Positions 1 through 10,900 of a stretch of DNA of 59,724 bases are shown in pieces. The position numbers were made by a program, and so were the translations under genes. The stretch lies in IMG/VR virus record IMGVR_UViG_3300027917_000050, positions 1 through 59,724 of that record; one strand, 5' to 3'. The notes beneath the pieces were generated by a model. The model saw only the letters and a list, made by a program, of their open reading frames with translations, did not search any database and had not been told where the DNA came from. This stretch comes from a virus. Lineage: Duplodnaviria; Caudoviricetes. The first letter of the stretch is position 1. Each line of letters begins with the position of its first letter.

Positions 1-897
1 TCCGGCATAGTACAAAGTGGCAGCACCGTCTGGATCTCCGACAAACATTATTGCTTGAGAACCATCCGCAACATGATCGCCTTCTATGGTTATAGTTCCA
101 CCATCGTACCTGCTGGCAATGGTCACTGCTCCTGCAATACTGATAAAATCTATTGTATTTGAATCATTAGGAGAAACGATTGCTGCACCAGTGCTTGCAG
201 TTGTTATGACACCATCCCCCTGATAATACATTATCGAACTGCCATCAGGATCTCCACGGAACACGGTATTCGTTGCGGTGTTTCCCGTATTTCGTGCCTG
301 CATATAAATCTGTCCATCAGGATCGTTATTGATTATATATAGGTCGTCTTCCGTAAATCCAATCGTGGCAGCAGTCGCAGTTCCATCGGTAATTGAGACT
401 CCTGCTGCTGTAGTTGACAAGGTTAATGTTCCATTATAATAAAGAGAAGATGCTCCTACTGGATCAAACGATGCCATCGTCGTCGTCGACGGGACATTGT
501 TGTCTGCCTGTAAAATTATCTTTCCGGCATCCTTGTCATTATAAATCTTGACATCACCAGAATCAAGATTTATTGATACTGTGTCGGTTCCATCTGTAAT
601 GTCAAGGCCATCTGCCGTGATTGTCGCAGACGCAGAACCACTCACAATAGCATCTAATGCAATGTCATCAATAACATCCATTGCCTTTTGAACTGTGTCT
701 TCGGATGCCGAAAGAATTCCATCAAAATTGGTGGTATCCAATGAAATTCCGCCACCTGTAAGGCTTAATGCGTCTATTGTTGCAAGGGCAGTCTGGACAT
801 CGGTATCTGTTGCGGAAAGAGTTCCGCTAAATCCAGATGCATCTACCTCTATTTTTCTTGCGTCCAGGGAATTCCATGGACCCCTTCGTGTAGTCAT
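1..897 (-). CDS. Tail fibre/spike-like protein, 5' part (continues across the circular join into 59715..59260; ~450 aa in total)
   Basis: Missing from the ORF track because it runs off the edge. ATG at 897 with GGAGGT SD, and open to position 1 (MTTRRGPWNSLDARKIEVDASGFSG...GDPDGAATLYYAG). Two N-terminal DxxxFxGxLSAxxxxVQxAxxxID repeats and three ~70-aa DPxG...YYxG repeats; T/A/G/D/S-rich. Confidence 0.8.
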   Translation of the reverse strand, partial: MTTRRGPWNSLDARKIEVDASGFSGTLSATDTDVQTALATIDALSLTGGGISLDTTNFDGILSASEDTVQKAMDVIDDIALDAIVSGSASATITADGLDITDGTDTVSINLDSGDVKIYNDKDAGKIILQADNNVPSTTTMASFDPVGASSLYYNGTLTLSTTAAGVSITDGTATAATIGFTEDDLYIINNDPDGQIYMQARNTGNTATNTVFRGDPDGSSIMYYQGDGVITTASTGAAIVSPNDSNTIDFISIAGAVTIASRYDGGTITIEGDHVADGSQAIMFVGDPDGAATLYYAG

Positions 898-926
898 TTT
901 AAAAACCTCCTATTGGCCCCCAAGTA

Positions 927-1526
927 TTATGCATTAGGTGTGTGTTCATACCAATTAATTAAAATAGTAATTGTCATTCCGTTTGCCCCTGCAGTAACTC
1001 GAAAAACTTCTATGCTATTTTTAGGAAGAACAATTTCTTCTCCAGATGACCTGTCCCAAACAAGACCCTTCGATGCATTTACAATTTCTGAAAACCTTGT
1101 AGTTCCACCAGTCAAAACGAGTGGATTACTTCCGGTATATCCAGATTTGACAGTACAATTTGACGTATTCGAAGATCTTCCATTCCGGTTGTATGGTGTC
1201 GCAGCAGCCCCACCCGTATAACTTGTAACTCCAGAAATATATGTAACCGTTGCATTATCGGATGCTCTGATATCAAGGACAAGGTGCTGTTCCTCAGTCG
1301 TGTTTGGAGTGGTTATCGCAATGCTTATCGTGTTGTTATTGTTAAGTGATGCATTTGCGGCAACATAATACATATCTCCTTCATGTATTTCGTGGTGTTC
1401 ATGTGATATCGACCTAAGTGTCGATGTACTTAAATCTATAGGAATCTGTGTCCACTGATCATTTTCAGAATCCCATCCATACAACCTTGCATTCTGGGCT
1501 TCATTTTTGTGCCATGGAGAACCCAT
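927..1526 (-). CDS. Hypothetical virion-associated protein (199 aa)
   Basis: GGAGGT SD; T/N/S-rich beta-type sequence in the tail gene region. Confidence 0.55.
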   Translation of the reverse strand: MGSPWHKNEAQNARLYGWDSENDQWTQIPIDLSTSTLRSISHEHHEIHEGDMYYVAANASLNNNNTISIAITTPNTTEEQHLVLDIRASDNATVTYISGVTSYTGGAAATPYNRNGRSSNTSNCTVKSGYTGSNPLVLTGGTTRFSEIVNASKGLVWDRSSGEEIVLPKNSIEVFRVTAGANGMTITILINWYEHTPNA

Positions 1527-1538
1527 GTCATACCTCCT

Positions 1539-1901
1539 TTATTGAACTGCTAACCATGCATTCACAACAACCGGGTCGGCACCTCCGGTTTCAGTTATTT
1601 TTATCTGAACCATTCCACAAAGATTTGGTTCAAATGAAAATAAATCTTTTCCGTCAGAATCCGGTCCACTTGAACTTGTAAACCCGGTCACAATGTCATC
1701 TTCTGGATCTATAAAGTCGGTTCCGCCATTGTTTGATTCAAGGTATTCAACCTTCACTGTACCATCTCCGGTAACCTCAATCTGGATAGAAAAGAAACCT
1801 TCTGCATTCATCCTTCTCAAGTTGACATTGTAGGTTGCATTTCCGCTTGCAGAGATGGTTTTGGATTTAAAAATTTCATCTACAATAACTGGTGTAGTCA
1901 T
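1539..1901 (-). CDS. Hypothetical virion-associated protein (120 aa)
   Basis: GGAGGA SD; beta-sandwich-like pattern; abuts the giant gene. Confidence 0.55.
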   Translation of the reverse strand: MTTPVIVDEIFKSKTISASGNATYNVNLRRMNAEGFFSIQIEVTGDGTVKVEYLESNNGGTDFIDPEDDIVTGFTSSSGPDSDGKDLFSFEPNLCGMVQIKITETGGADPVVVNAWLAVQ

Positions 1902-1902
1902 T

Positions 1903-4900
1903 TTACTTCCTCCTTAAAATTTGGTCGTAGACCTGTTTTACAAGTCTATTCCTCATATTCGTAAGTTTATCAATATGCGCCTTTTTTTGATCAGGTGTCA
2001 TATTGGGATTTGTCCAGGTCCTTTTCATCTCAGTCGAAATATCTGATATTTGCTTATATGTCATGTTAAGTCTCGGTGCCATTCGAATCTCAGACTGCTT
2101 CTTCCTTGCGTATTCTTGCGCCTTTTTAAAATCACCCTCCCTATTATAGGCATTCAACTGCGCGGTAACCTTCCTGGCCTCGTTTAGCGCATCGAAAAAC
2201 GAAGACATATATTTAGTGTATCTCGGATTATCTGCCTCTCGTACAAATGCTCCAATAAACGGATAATCATCAAGTCTCTTTGTCGGCCTATCTATATCGG
2301 CAATTGATCTTACCATAATATCAGAAAGTCCTAATATGAAAGAACCAAATACAGACAGATATCCTCTAACCAGATGCTCCATTCTCTTTGGAGATACATT
2401 AATAGCCTGACCTGCAAATCTTAGCGTCTCTGAATTCCATGGATCAAACCGTTCGCCGGGTTCTCTATATTTCATTCCCATCGGTTCAATCGGCCTCCCG
2501 GTAAAGAACGTCTTATTGGCAACCTGTTCCCATATTGGTCGGATTGCCTGAGGTGTTGGATTCATCGCCAGTGTTTCAAGAAATGCATGGTTGATATAAT
2601 CCATAACATGATTTAATTCTTCGTTCCCGGTTATAACATCACCAGCCATCTCGACTGATGTTGAAAAGAGGACTCCGGTTTCAAATGGTTTTGGAATTCT
2701 AAAGTGCTTATCTCCTATCCAGAAATGATACCAGGCAAACTTTTCAAAATCCTCAAGTTCTTTATATCTATCGTCGTCTTTATTAAGCCACCATAACAAC
2801 ATCGATGCCATTGCAATCATCGCACTCTTTGTAAAGAACGATGTGGGATTGTCTACAGCAGCCCGACCCATCTTATAAAGTCCCTGAATACGCGCATTCA
2901 TGAAAGGCACTGTGCTTATAAGGACCCTGACTGCAGTTCCATTGCCGGACATATTAAAATCCATAAGGTCCCTTGCGTTAAATGCAGCTTCAAGGTGAGA
3001 AAGACCCTTTTTCTTCAACCTTGAATATAATTGTACCCTGGCTGCATTTTCAAACCCTTCACCGAATTCTTTCCACCAGTTTAATGCATCCATAGGTGTT
3101 GAAATAATTCTTCTCAAAGCACCCTGGCCTTCTTTCTTAACTATTGACTTTACATATTTATGGAGACCTGACGCATCTCCTTCCCTGACATATGAACCAC
3201 CGAATGCCATTCCTGATGCCATAAATTGAATATAGTCAGGATTATTTGTCCAGACTTTCCATAGTCCTGCGATAGAATCCCATAACGGGACAAAACCCTT
3301 GCTTATCTGAAAGGTATGGAGCGTGTCTCTCAAAAAGTTCTTTATCCTGAATGCTGGTCCAAATGTTGCACCATAAGTTAATCCCATCTTTGCAACCCCA
3401 CCAATTTTAGACCATATGTTGTCAAATGATTGTACATCCATTTGGCCAAGAGCATTAAAAAGTTCAGTGTCATTAACTTTAAAATAAATACTCTTACCGG
3501 CTGCCCTGAACTGTAGAACTGGCATACCATCTTTCTTTGAAATAAATACTGGCGCGCCTTTTTCTTTTCCTATCTTCTTAAACCGAACTGTGTCGGCCCA
3601 TGAAACCTGCTCGACAAGGGGAACATCGACAAGTTTTCCTTTGTCATCTTCTTTCTGATATGCAACAAGTTTTCTGCGACTTGCTTCATTGAATGCTGAA
3701 CGCCTGGCAACGTTATGCGCGGATTCGCTTATTAAATGACTCCAGTTTTTTAGCATGTTTTCAACCGGATCTCCTATGGGAAGTTCGGACCCACTCAACT
3801 TTCTGATTTGCGCTCCTATCTCTTTCGGCCTCAATTTATTCTGGGTAAATAGGACTCTTGTCTCTGGATCTGTGAGAACGCGATAGAATGGAACATAATA
3901 CCCCTGGTTCGCCATATAGTCCCTAAAACCTTTATCTATAAGCCCACTTCTTTGTGCAATATCAAGGATATTATTATTGAATTCCTTGAACTCTGTGTTG
4001 ATATCTTCCCAGGATGCATATTTTGAATCTGTAGGTTTTTCTCCAACCCATGACAATATTGCTTTTATATCTTTATCGTCGAAAAGAAATTCTCTATTTT
4101 CTTTCTTCAACGACTGTGCTCGTTTTGCAACAACCCAGTAAAAGAACTTCTCTGCGTCATTTCCAAGTTGATCATACCAATGCAGAAAACCATTGTTTAC
4201 TTCATCCGTTATGATCGCGCCGGACTTATCGAATCTAAGTTTTCCATGCTCCAGGAATGCCTGTACCGTTGATTGAATACCCGGTATGCCTCGTGCCAAC
4301 ATATAGGCCTTTGTCTCTCCTAACCATTGCTTTATTGGGTGGAGACGGTCTATATTCCTTGTAACAAAATTTCTTCTGAAATCATCAAGTGATGCCTTAA
4401 TTCTTTGTAGCATCGTTTGTCCTGCAGGACCTATTTTGTTTTCAATTACTTTTTTTGTCACTGCAGGAATCTCTGATTTTAGATCTGTATTGAATATTGG
4501 AAAACCAACTGTCAATGCTTTACTTCTCATCTTTTCAGTAATCGGCATTATCCATGTTGCTATAGATTCAGATATAGCCTGGTTTGGTTTAATTGTATAT
4601 AATTTGAATCCCTGCTCTTTTGCAGCAGCTACATTTTTCATTGGGTCTGTCATTCTATTAATAAGGCCAATTGCCTCCTTGTTTCTACTTTCTACATATA
4701 CAGGAATATTATTTCTAAGCATATCTGGTATCTTGTTTATATTGTCTATTTCCTCAACACCTTCGACAACAAACTTTTCCTTTTTGAATTCTCCACTTGC
4801 TTCAAGGAATGCATCTGAATATTGTTTTGCGTATAATAAGTACATATCAAATTTTTCAGCCAATGGTTCAATATAATAATCTATTCTTATTGGTTGACCA

Positions 4901-7900
4901 GATTTAGACTTATTAACATTTTTAAAATATCCTCTAAGAATCTGTTTTGCTCTTGACTCAATATCGTTTATTCTCCTTCCAAGTTCTTGATATGAGGTAT
5001 AACCAATATCAGCAGATTTGAATTCATATATTAAACTTGTCATTTCGTCGTCTAATGCATTAACTCCATTTCTCGCATTCAAAACGTCTCTATTTCTTTT
5101 ATTGAGTTCTTCCAATCCAATTGCTTCCCTACTTGCCATTCCATCAATAAACACATTTGCTATAGATCTAAACTCAAGAAGAAGATTTCCACCAGCAGAA
5201 TCTAAATCGTAAAGTCTTGTCTTAACAATTTGCTGTCCACTTGGACGTTCCTTTAAAATCATATCATAATATGGAGACTGGGGAAGTATTTCTCCAGAAG
5301 GGGTGGTTGTATGTTCCCATGCCCTGAGTTCAGCGTTTCCCCAGGATTTTTTATTAAAAATCTTGTTGATACTTCTTGGCATAATTTTATCATAAAACTT
5401 CCTTAAAAATTGTCCGCCAATCTTAATATCATTTAATCTCTGATCTCCGTTTTTTTGTTTTTCTGAATTTAGCAATTTATCTGCTGATGTCTTTCCCATA
5501 TAGTCGCGAAGATCTGTAGGATTAACATTTTCATATTCTGTTATTAATTCTCCACCAGTGCTGTATGCTTTTAACTTTTTACTTTCCTCATTATATACAA
5601 CATGCCCTATAGATTGAAGAAGACCATTCCATCGGTCTACTTGCTGCTGACCAGTTGTCATTCCAATCATATCGTGACCAGATTCTGCAGCATACCGAAC
5701 CATCCTGCGGTATGCCTGGATGAAATATCTTTCTATAAGTGGCGAGGTTGGTATTGGTTGAATTTCTGACTGAATATAAATCATTGCATCTCGTTCTTTA
5801 TCAAATTCTTTTTCTCTATATCGATCAGTTCCATATTTATCCTTAACAGGCTGACCACTCTTATCAAATATAACAAACTTATCTGAAGATTTTTTTGAAA
5901 AGGATTCTATTGGAGATGCAGATAATATTTTATTTCCTCTCATAACAACCCAAAGTTCTTCATTTTGATCTACGGGAGTCTTTCTTTTTGGTTCTGAATA
6001 TCTTTTGTATAGTTTAGTAAGCCTATCAAATTCTTCCTTTGTAATTTCATTGTCTTTGTACATTCTGAGATATTCTGTATTTTTTTCAATACTATAAAAC
6101 ACTGCATCTGCAAGATTTCTATTTTTATATCTTTCGACCATTTCGCGATAAGTTGTTTTTTTGGCCTTGCCCTTTTTCCCTATTTTATAGTCTTTCGCAA
6201 ATCCCTTTGACGAACCTTGCTGAATCCAGTCACTTTGAATTTCTTGGATATAGAGAATCTTTTTTTGTCCTGTTTTTGTTTTCTCATACCTTGTATCAAA
6301 TCGAATCCAATAAACAACATCAACGTCATCACCCCAATGAGTTGAATTTCTCCAACCCGTCTTTGGTCTTTCGACTATTTTAACTTCTGAAGATGCCTCA
6401 TTAAGAGCAAGGATTTTATCCATAAATCCACTCTGGACACCCATAACCGTCGAAGCATATCTATCCCAAAGAATCGAAGGGTCTGGTAATAAAGAAGATG
6501 GTTCTATTTCTTTTTTTATAATATACTGATCTTTTCTTGATTTACCTCTCCTCGCAATCCACGCTTCTGCTTTTTCTCTGGTAGAAAATTCTCCCCACGC
6601 ATCTCCTGTATCTGCAACATTAACTGAACCAGGTTTTGTGTATACTTTCCAAAAGACAGTTCCTTCCTTTTCATATTTTTTCTTATATTCATTTAAAATC
6701 TTTAAGTCTTCTTCAAGCATGTTTTCCGTAAGATCAAAAACCTTATCAGCATACTTCACCCTTAATTCTCTATCTTTTGGTCTGCTCAACTCTTTCTTTA
6801 TAGAATCTTCGTATTTATAGAACTCTATCATGTTGCCAATTTCTTCATATTTCCCAAGTGTTATAAGTTGATCTGCCTGCATGTATAATTCTCTTCTAAG
6901 GCCTAATGCCGTTGAAAATTTATTATAAACTTCTTGAAATCCATGCTTTAATTCTTTTAACTTAGCTTCTCCTGCATGAGTAGGTGACTTTATCATTACC
7001 TGAACCTCGCGGTAATTTTCTCCGCCAGGAATATTATAAGATTTGCTTTTCCATTTTACCGGAAATCTCTCTACATCTTTAAGAGACTCTGGTTCTCCCT
7101 CAACCAAAGTTCCGGTTGGTGGAGTTTTGGAATATCCAGTGCTTTCTTCAAACTGGTCTCTAAAATCATAATAATATTCTGCCCAATCATAACCTTCAAG
7201 TGCTTGTTCAGCCGATCTTTGAATTACATCTTCTGCATCTTCATTTAGCCAAGAATACGAAAAGTCCCTAACTCCTCCACCATGTGGAAACCAGTCTGAA
7301 CCAGAATAATCACTCGGACCTGCATATTGTAGATTGTTCCATTCTGTGCTATATATAGATAATATAGGATTGTCGAGTCCACCCTCCCAATCAGATAGAA
7401 ACTTGTAGAAGTTAGGATAATTCTCTTTTATATGCTTATTCAAAAGATCTAAATATTCTCTGTGTGTTATTAAATCGTTTTCTACTTTTTTATAAAGTTC
7501 TCCGTTTTCTGCAATAAGATCATCTGGAATTCTTTCTCCAAATTTTTCTGTATATTTTTTGCTAAACCATTTTAATTGATCAAAAGAAAAATCAAAAAAT
7601 ACTTTATCTATAACATCTTTGTCAGACTCTGTAAAATTACCACCCCACAAACCTGTTTTATGAATATCTTCAATATCTGGAACGTCAAATATTTCATAAT
7701 TTTCCAATTCGCTATCATATGCACTATCCCAGAAATTTTCTTTTAACCAATCTGAAAATCGTTCCTCGTAATCTTCTTCTGAAAGTGATTCTCCAGACAC
7801 TGAGTCCATTCTCCATTTTTCTACAAATTGAATTGCGTATTCATCGTAAGCATTGAGAACGTCTTGTACTGTCAATCTAACATCATCATCAACGGTGTCC

Positions 7901-10900
7901 AACCACGTTCCAATACTGGACCATTCCCATTCTTCTTCTCTAAAAGGTTTTGCCTTTGATCTCATTGCTTGAGTTAAAAGCATTTTGATCTTTTTTGCAG
8001 ACGCACCACCCTTGCCTATATTGTCTCTAAATTGTTTTGAGTCAACATAATTTTTAAAATCACTATACCATGCTGGTCGAATCTCGTCTGCTTCTGTTAT
8101 TTCCATTATATCTTCATTTGGAATTACGATATCTCTCTGCTGAATTAATTCACCAACCTTCTCTAATCCAGACCTCGCAAGTTCTTCCGTATTTCTGATG
8201 CGTGTCTCCTGATCCACTCCAATCCGTACTGATTCACCAGCCTTGCCAGTGACCTTTGCGCCGACCTGTACGCTAACTCGCTCGACATGGGGAGTGATCC
8301 TCTCCCAATTATTTTTAAAGCCTCCGATACGTTCTCTGATGATCTGTATTTTCTTTCTCTCGCTTTTAACATTTTGCAACTCCTTATAAATTGAATCGTT
8401 TAATTTCATAAATACAACATCCGGTGTACCAGCACTCTTTGGCCAATTATCTGGTGCATATTCAGGATTAAACTTTGATCGTTCCGTCTCCTCCCAACCA
8501 AACATCCCATAATACGCAGGAAGGTATGGATCAAAACAGTCAAGAGTTCTTGCTCCTTTTGCCATTGCGTCCATGAGTAATACACTTCCAAGTCCAGGTA
8601 TTTCAGAATTACTAAAAAGTTTTTGCAAATCACCATCATCAATTACATATCCTGCGCTTCTGTCATCAGTCATATATACTTCTGCCCCCCTGTCAACTGC
8701 TCTTTTTAATTCTTCGTATGTTGGTATTGTTAAAACATAACTATATTTACTTTTCTTTAGTTCGCTTATATATCTTTTTAAGTCTTCGGGTTTATCAACC
8801 TTAGATATTTCAGGACCGTGTTCACCTATATGGTATAGTCTTTTCTTTTCAAGTTCAGAGATAGGAGAAAACTCAATAGTTTTAAGATCAAGTAATTCCA
8901 TCAATGGACCCTGCTTCAAAAGACTCGGATCAACTTTTGATTCAAGATATTCTACAGCAGACATATTTCCAAGCATCTTAAGTTTCGTATTCATTGCTGT
9001 AAAATAGTCTTCCTGTTTTTTTAAATCCCAACCTTCAATTCTTGATTTTATATAGGCCCAAATTGACGATTGTACTTGTGAAATTGTCCACTTTTCTTTC
9101 CCAAGACCAGACAGTCTTTTTGCTACCCTGGTAAGCATGTGCCTTGCTGCAACATTTTCCATTGTTGTAAATTGAATATCACCCTTTTTGGTATATTCGC
9201 CAAAGAATGCGCGATACATCCATCTGTCGTTTGTGGTTGCGTTCGGATCTCCAAGCAATGCACGAGTCCATTCCTGAACTTTTTGATTTTCTGATTTTCC
9301 CATATTCTCTGCAAACTTTCCGGCCAACCATTCATTCAACTTTGTTTTAATAAGATCATTTGGAAACATTGCACCAGGCTTATCTCTTAGTCCCAAAAGA
9401 TAGAGATACGTTTGTGCTGCCCATCCTGCATTCTGATTTATTGGTGCCATCGGGGATGTTACAGCAAGTATTGCGTTAAATATCTGCCAGTCATCTCCAA
9501 GTGTATCCATAAGAAGTTGATTATGGTTTTCCATCCATGTCTTGTGTTTTATATTTGCTTCGGCAGCCTTTAATGCCATCTCTGAATATTCCTTTTCTGT
9601 ATTGACAAACTTCGGCCACTTATTTGAAAGTCTCAATTTAGCAATATCTTTAAGGGTATATTTTTGTTCTGTTGCTAATGCTCTGGAAATTTTTTTGTTT
9701 GTTCTTTCTGGTAATTTTCCTGGCTTAAGATCTTTGTCTTTAATTTTTATATCTTTCTGTTGGATAAGTTCTTTTCGAGGAATAACAACATCTTTCCTCT
9801 GCCTTAATGCCTCCGATACCAGGTACCCTCTTTCCTGATCGATATCCTGTATTTGATCTGCCCACGCAGCAACCAACTGTGCCTCGTCTCGACTTATGAA
9901 TTTTCCTTTGTTTGTAAGGAAGCCATCGTCCTCAATCTGGTTCCAGTTTATCTTCTCTCCATACTCATCTTCGATTTTCTGGAATGCCTCGGCATGGGTT
10001 ACTCCAGTGTAGATCTTTCCCTTGTACCTCATTGCCGCAGCAACGATGCTCTCATAGGCCTGGATCTGTTTTGCGCGAACCTTTCTTTCGGCAAATGCAG
10101 TTAATGCCTTTGTTATCTCGTCCATTGTCTTTCCTTCAAAATCTTTGAAGTATGCAAGATTCTGAGTTCTCGTCGCACTCATTTTTTCTTTGATCTTGTT
10201 AAATACTTTTGTAATGTACGCTACAAATCTACTAAACAGAGAAGGATTTCTTTTCTGCAATTTATTCCAGAATTCTTCGCTAAAAACCCTATGTGCAATA
10301 CCTTCTGCCATAAACTCATGCCAAACGGTATGCTTATTCTGGTTTCGCTTTAAAAATGGATTTAATGGAAGTTGTTTATTAGGCGGAAGTGATTCATTAA
10401 TTGCATCAGCAAATAATCCAAACTCAATATCATTCTTTACACTCCACAGATATCTATTTAATTCATTCCATGTCTTCGGATCTTCGGCCTCCATGTTATG
10501 AATAATCTCATGCATAAGGACAAACGTATATGGCTTATCCGTTTCAGCATGAATAGATATCGTATTCGGTCCTTCAACGAATACACCAGAACCACCCATT
10601 CTCGGCCCGACGTAAAACGAAAGATCAACCCCAAAGACTTTTGCAAGCCACATAGTAAGTTTTTGTTCCTTGTTTAAATCGGTGTGGTCCTGAAAGTCCT
10701 CGTCCTTTGCCGTCATGATCTCGCCTTTTGTTTTTTTGGACTCAGGAAGAAGTGCCTCCTTCTTCCTTATATTTGCTTGGATATCCATTATATGCTTCGA
10801 TAGTGCGCGAGTCGGAAGTGATCTTGTGTCTTTTTTCTTTGGACGAATTGGTGCCTCCTGCTTCTGGGTCGGAGAAGGCCTTGAATAACCCATATTCCTT

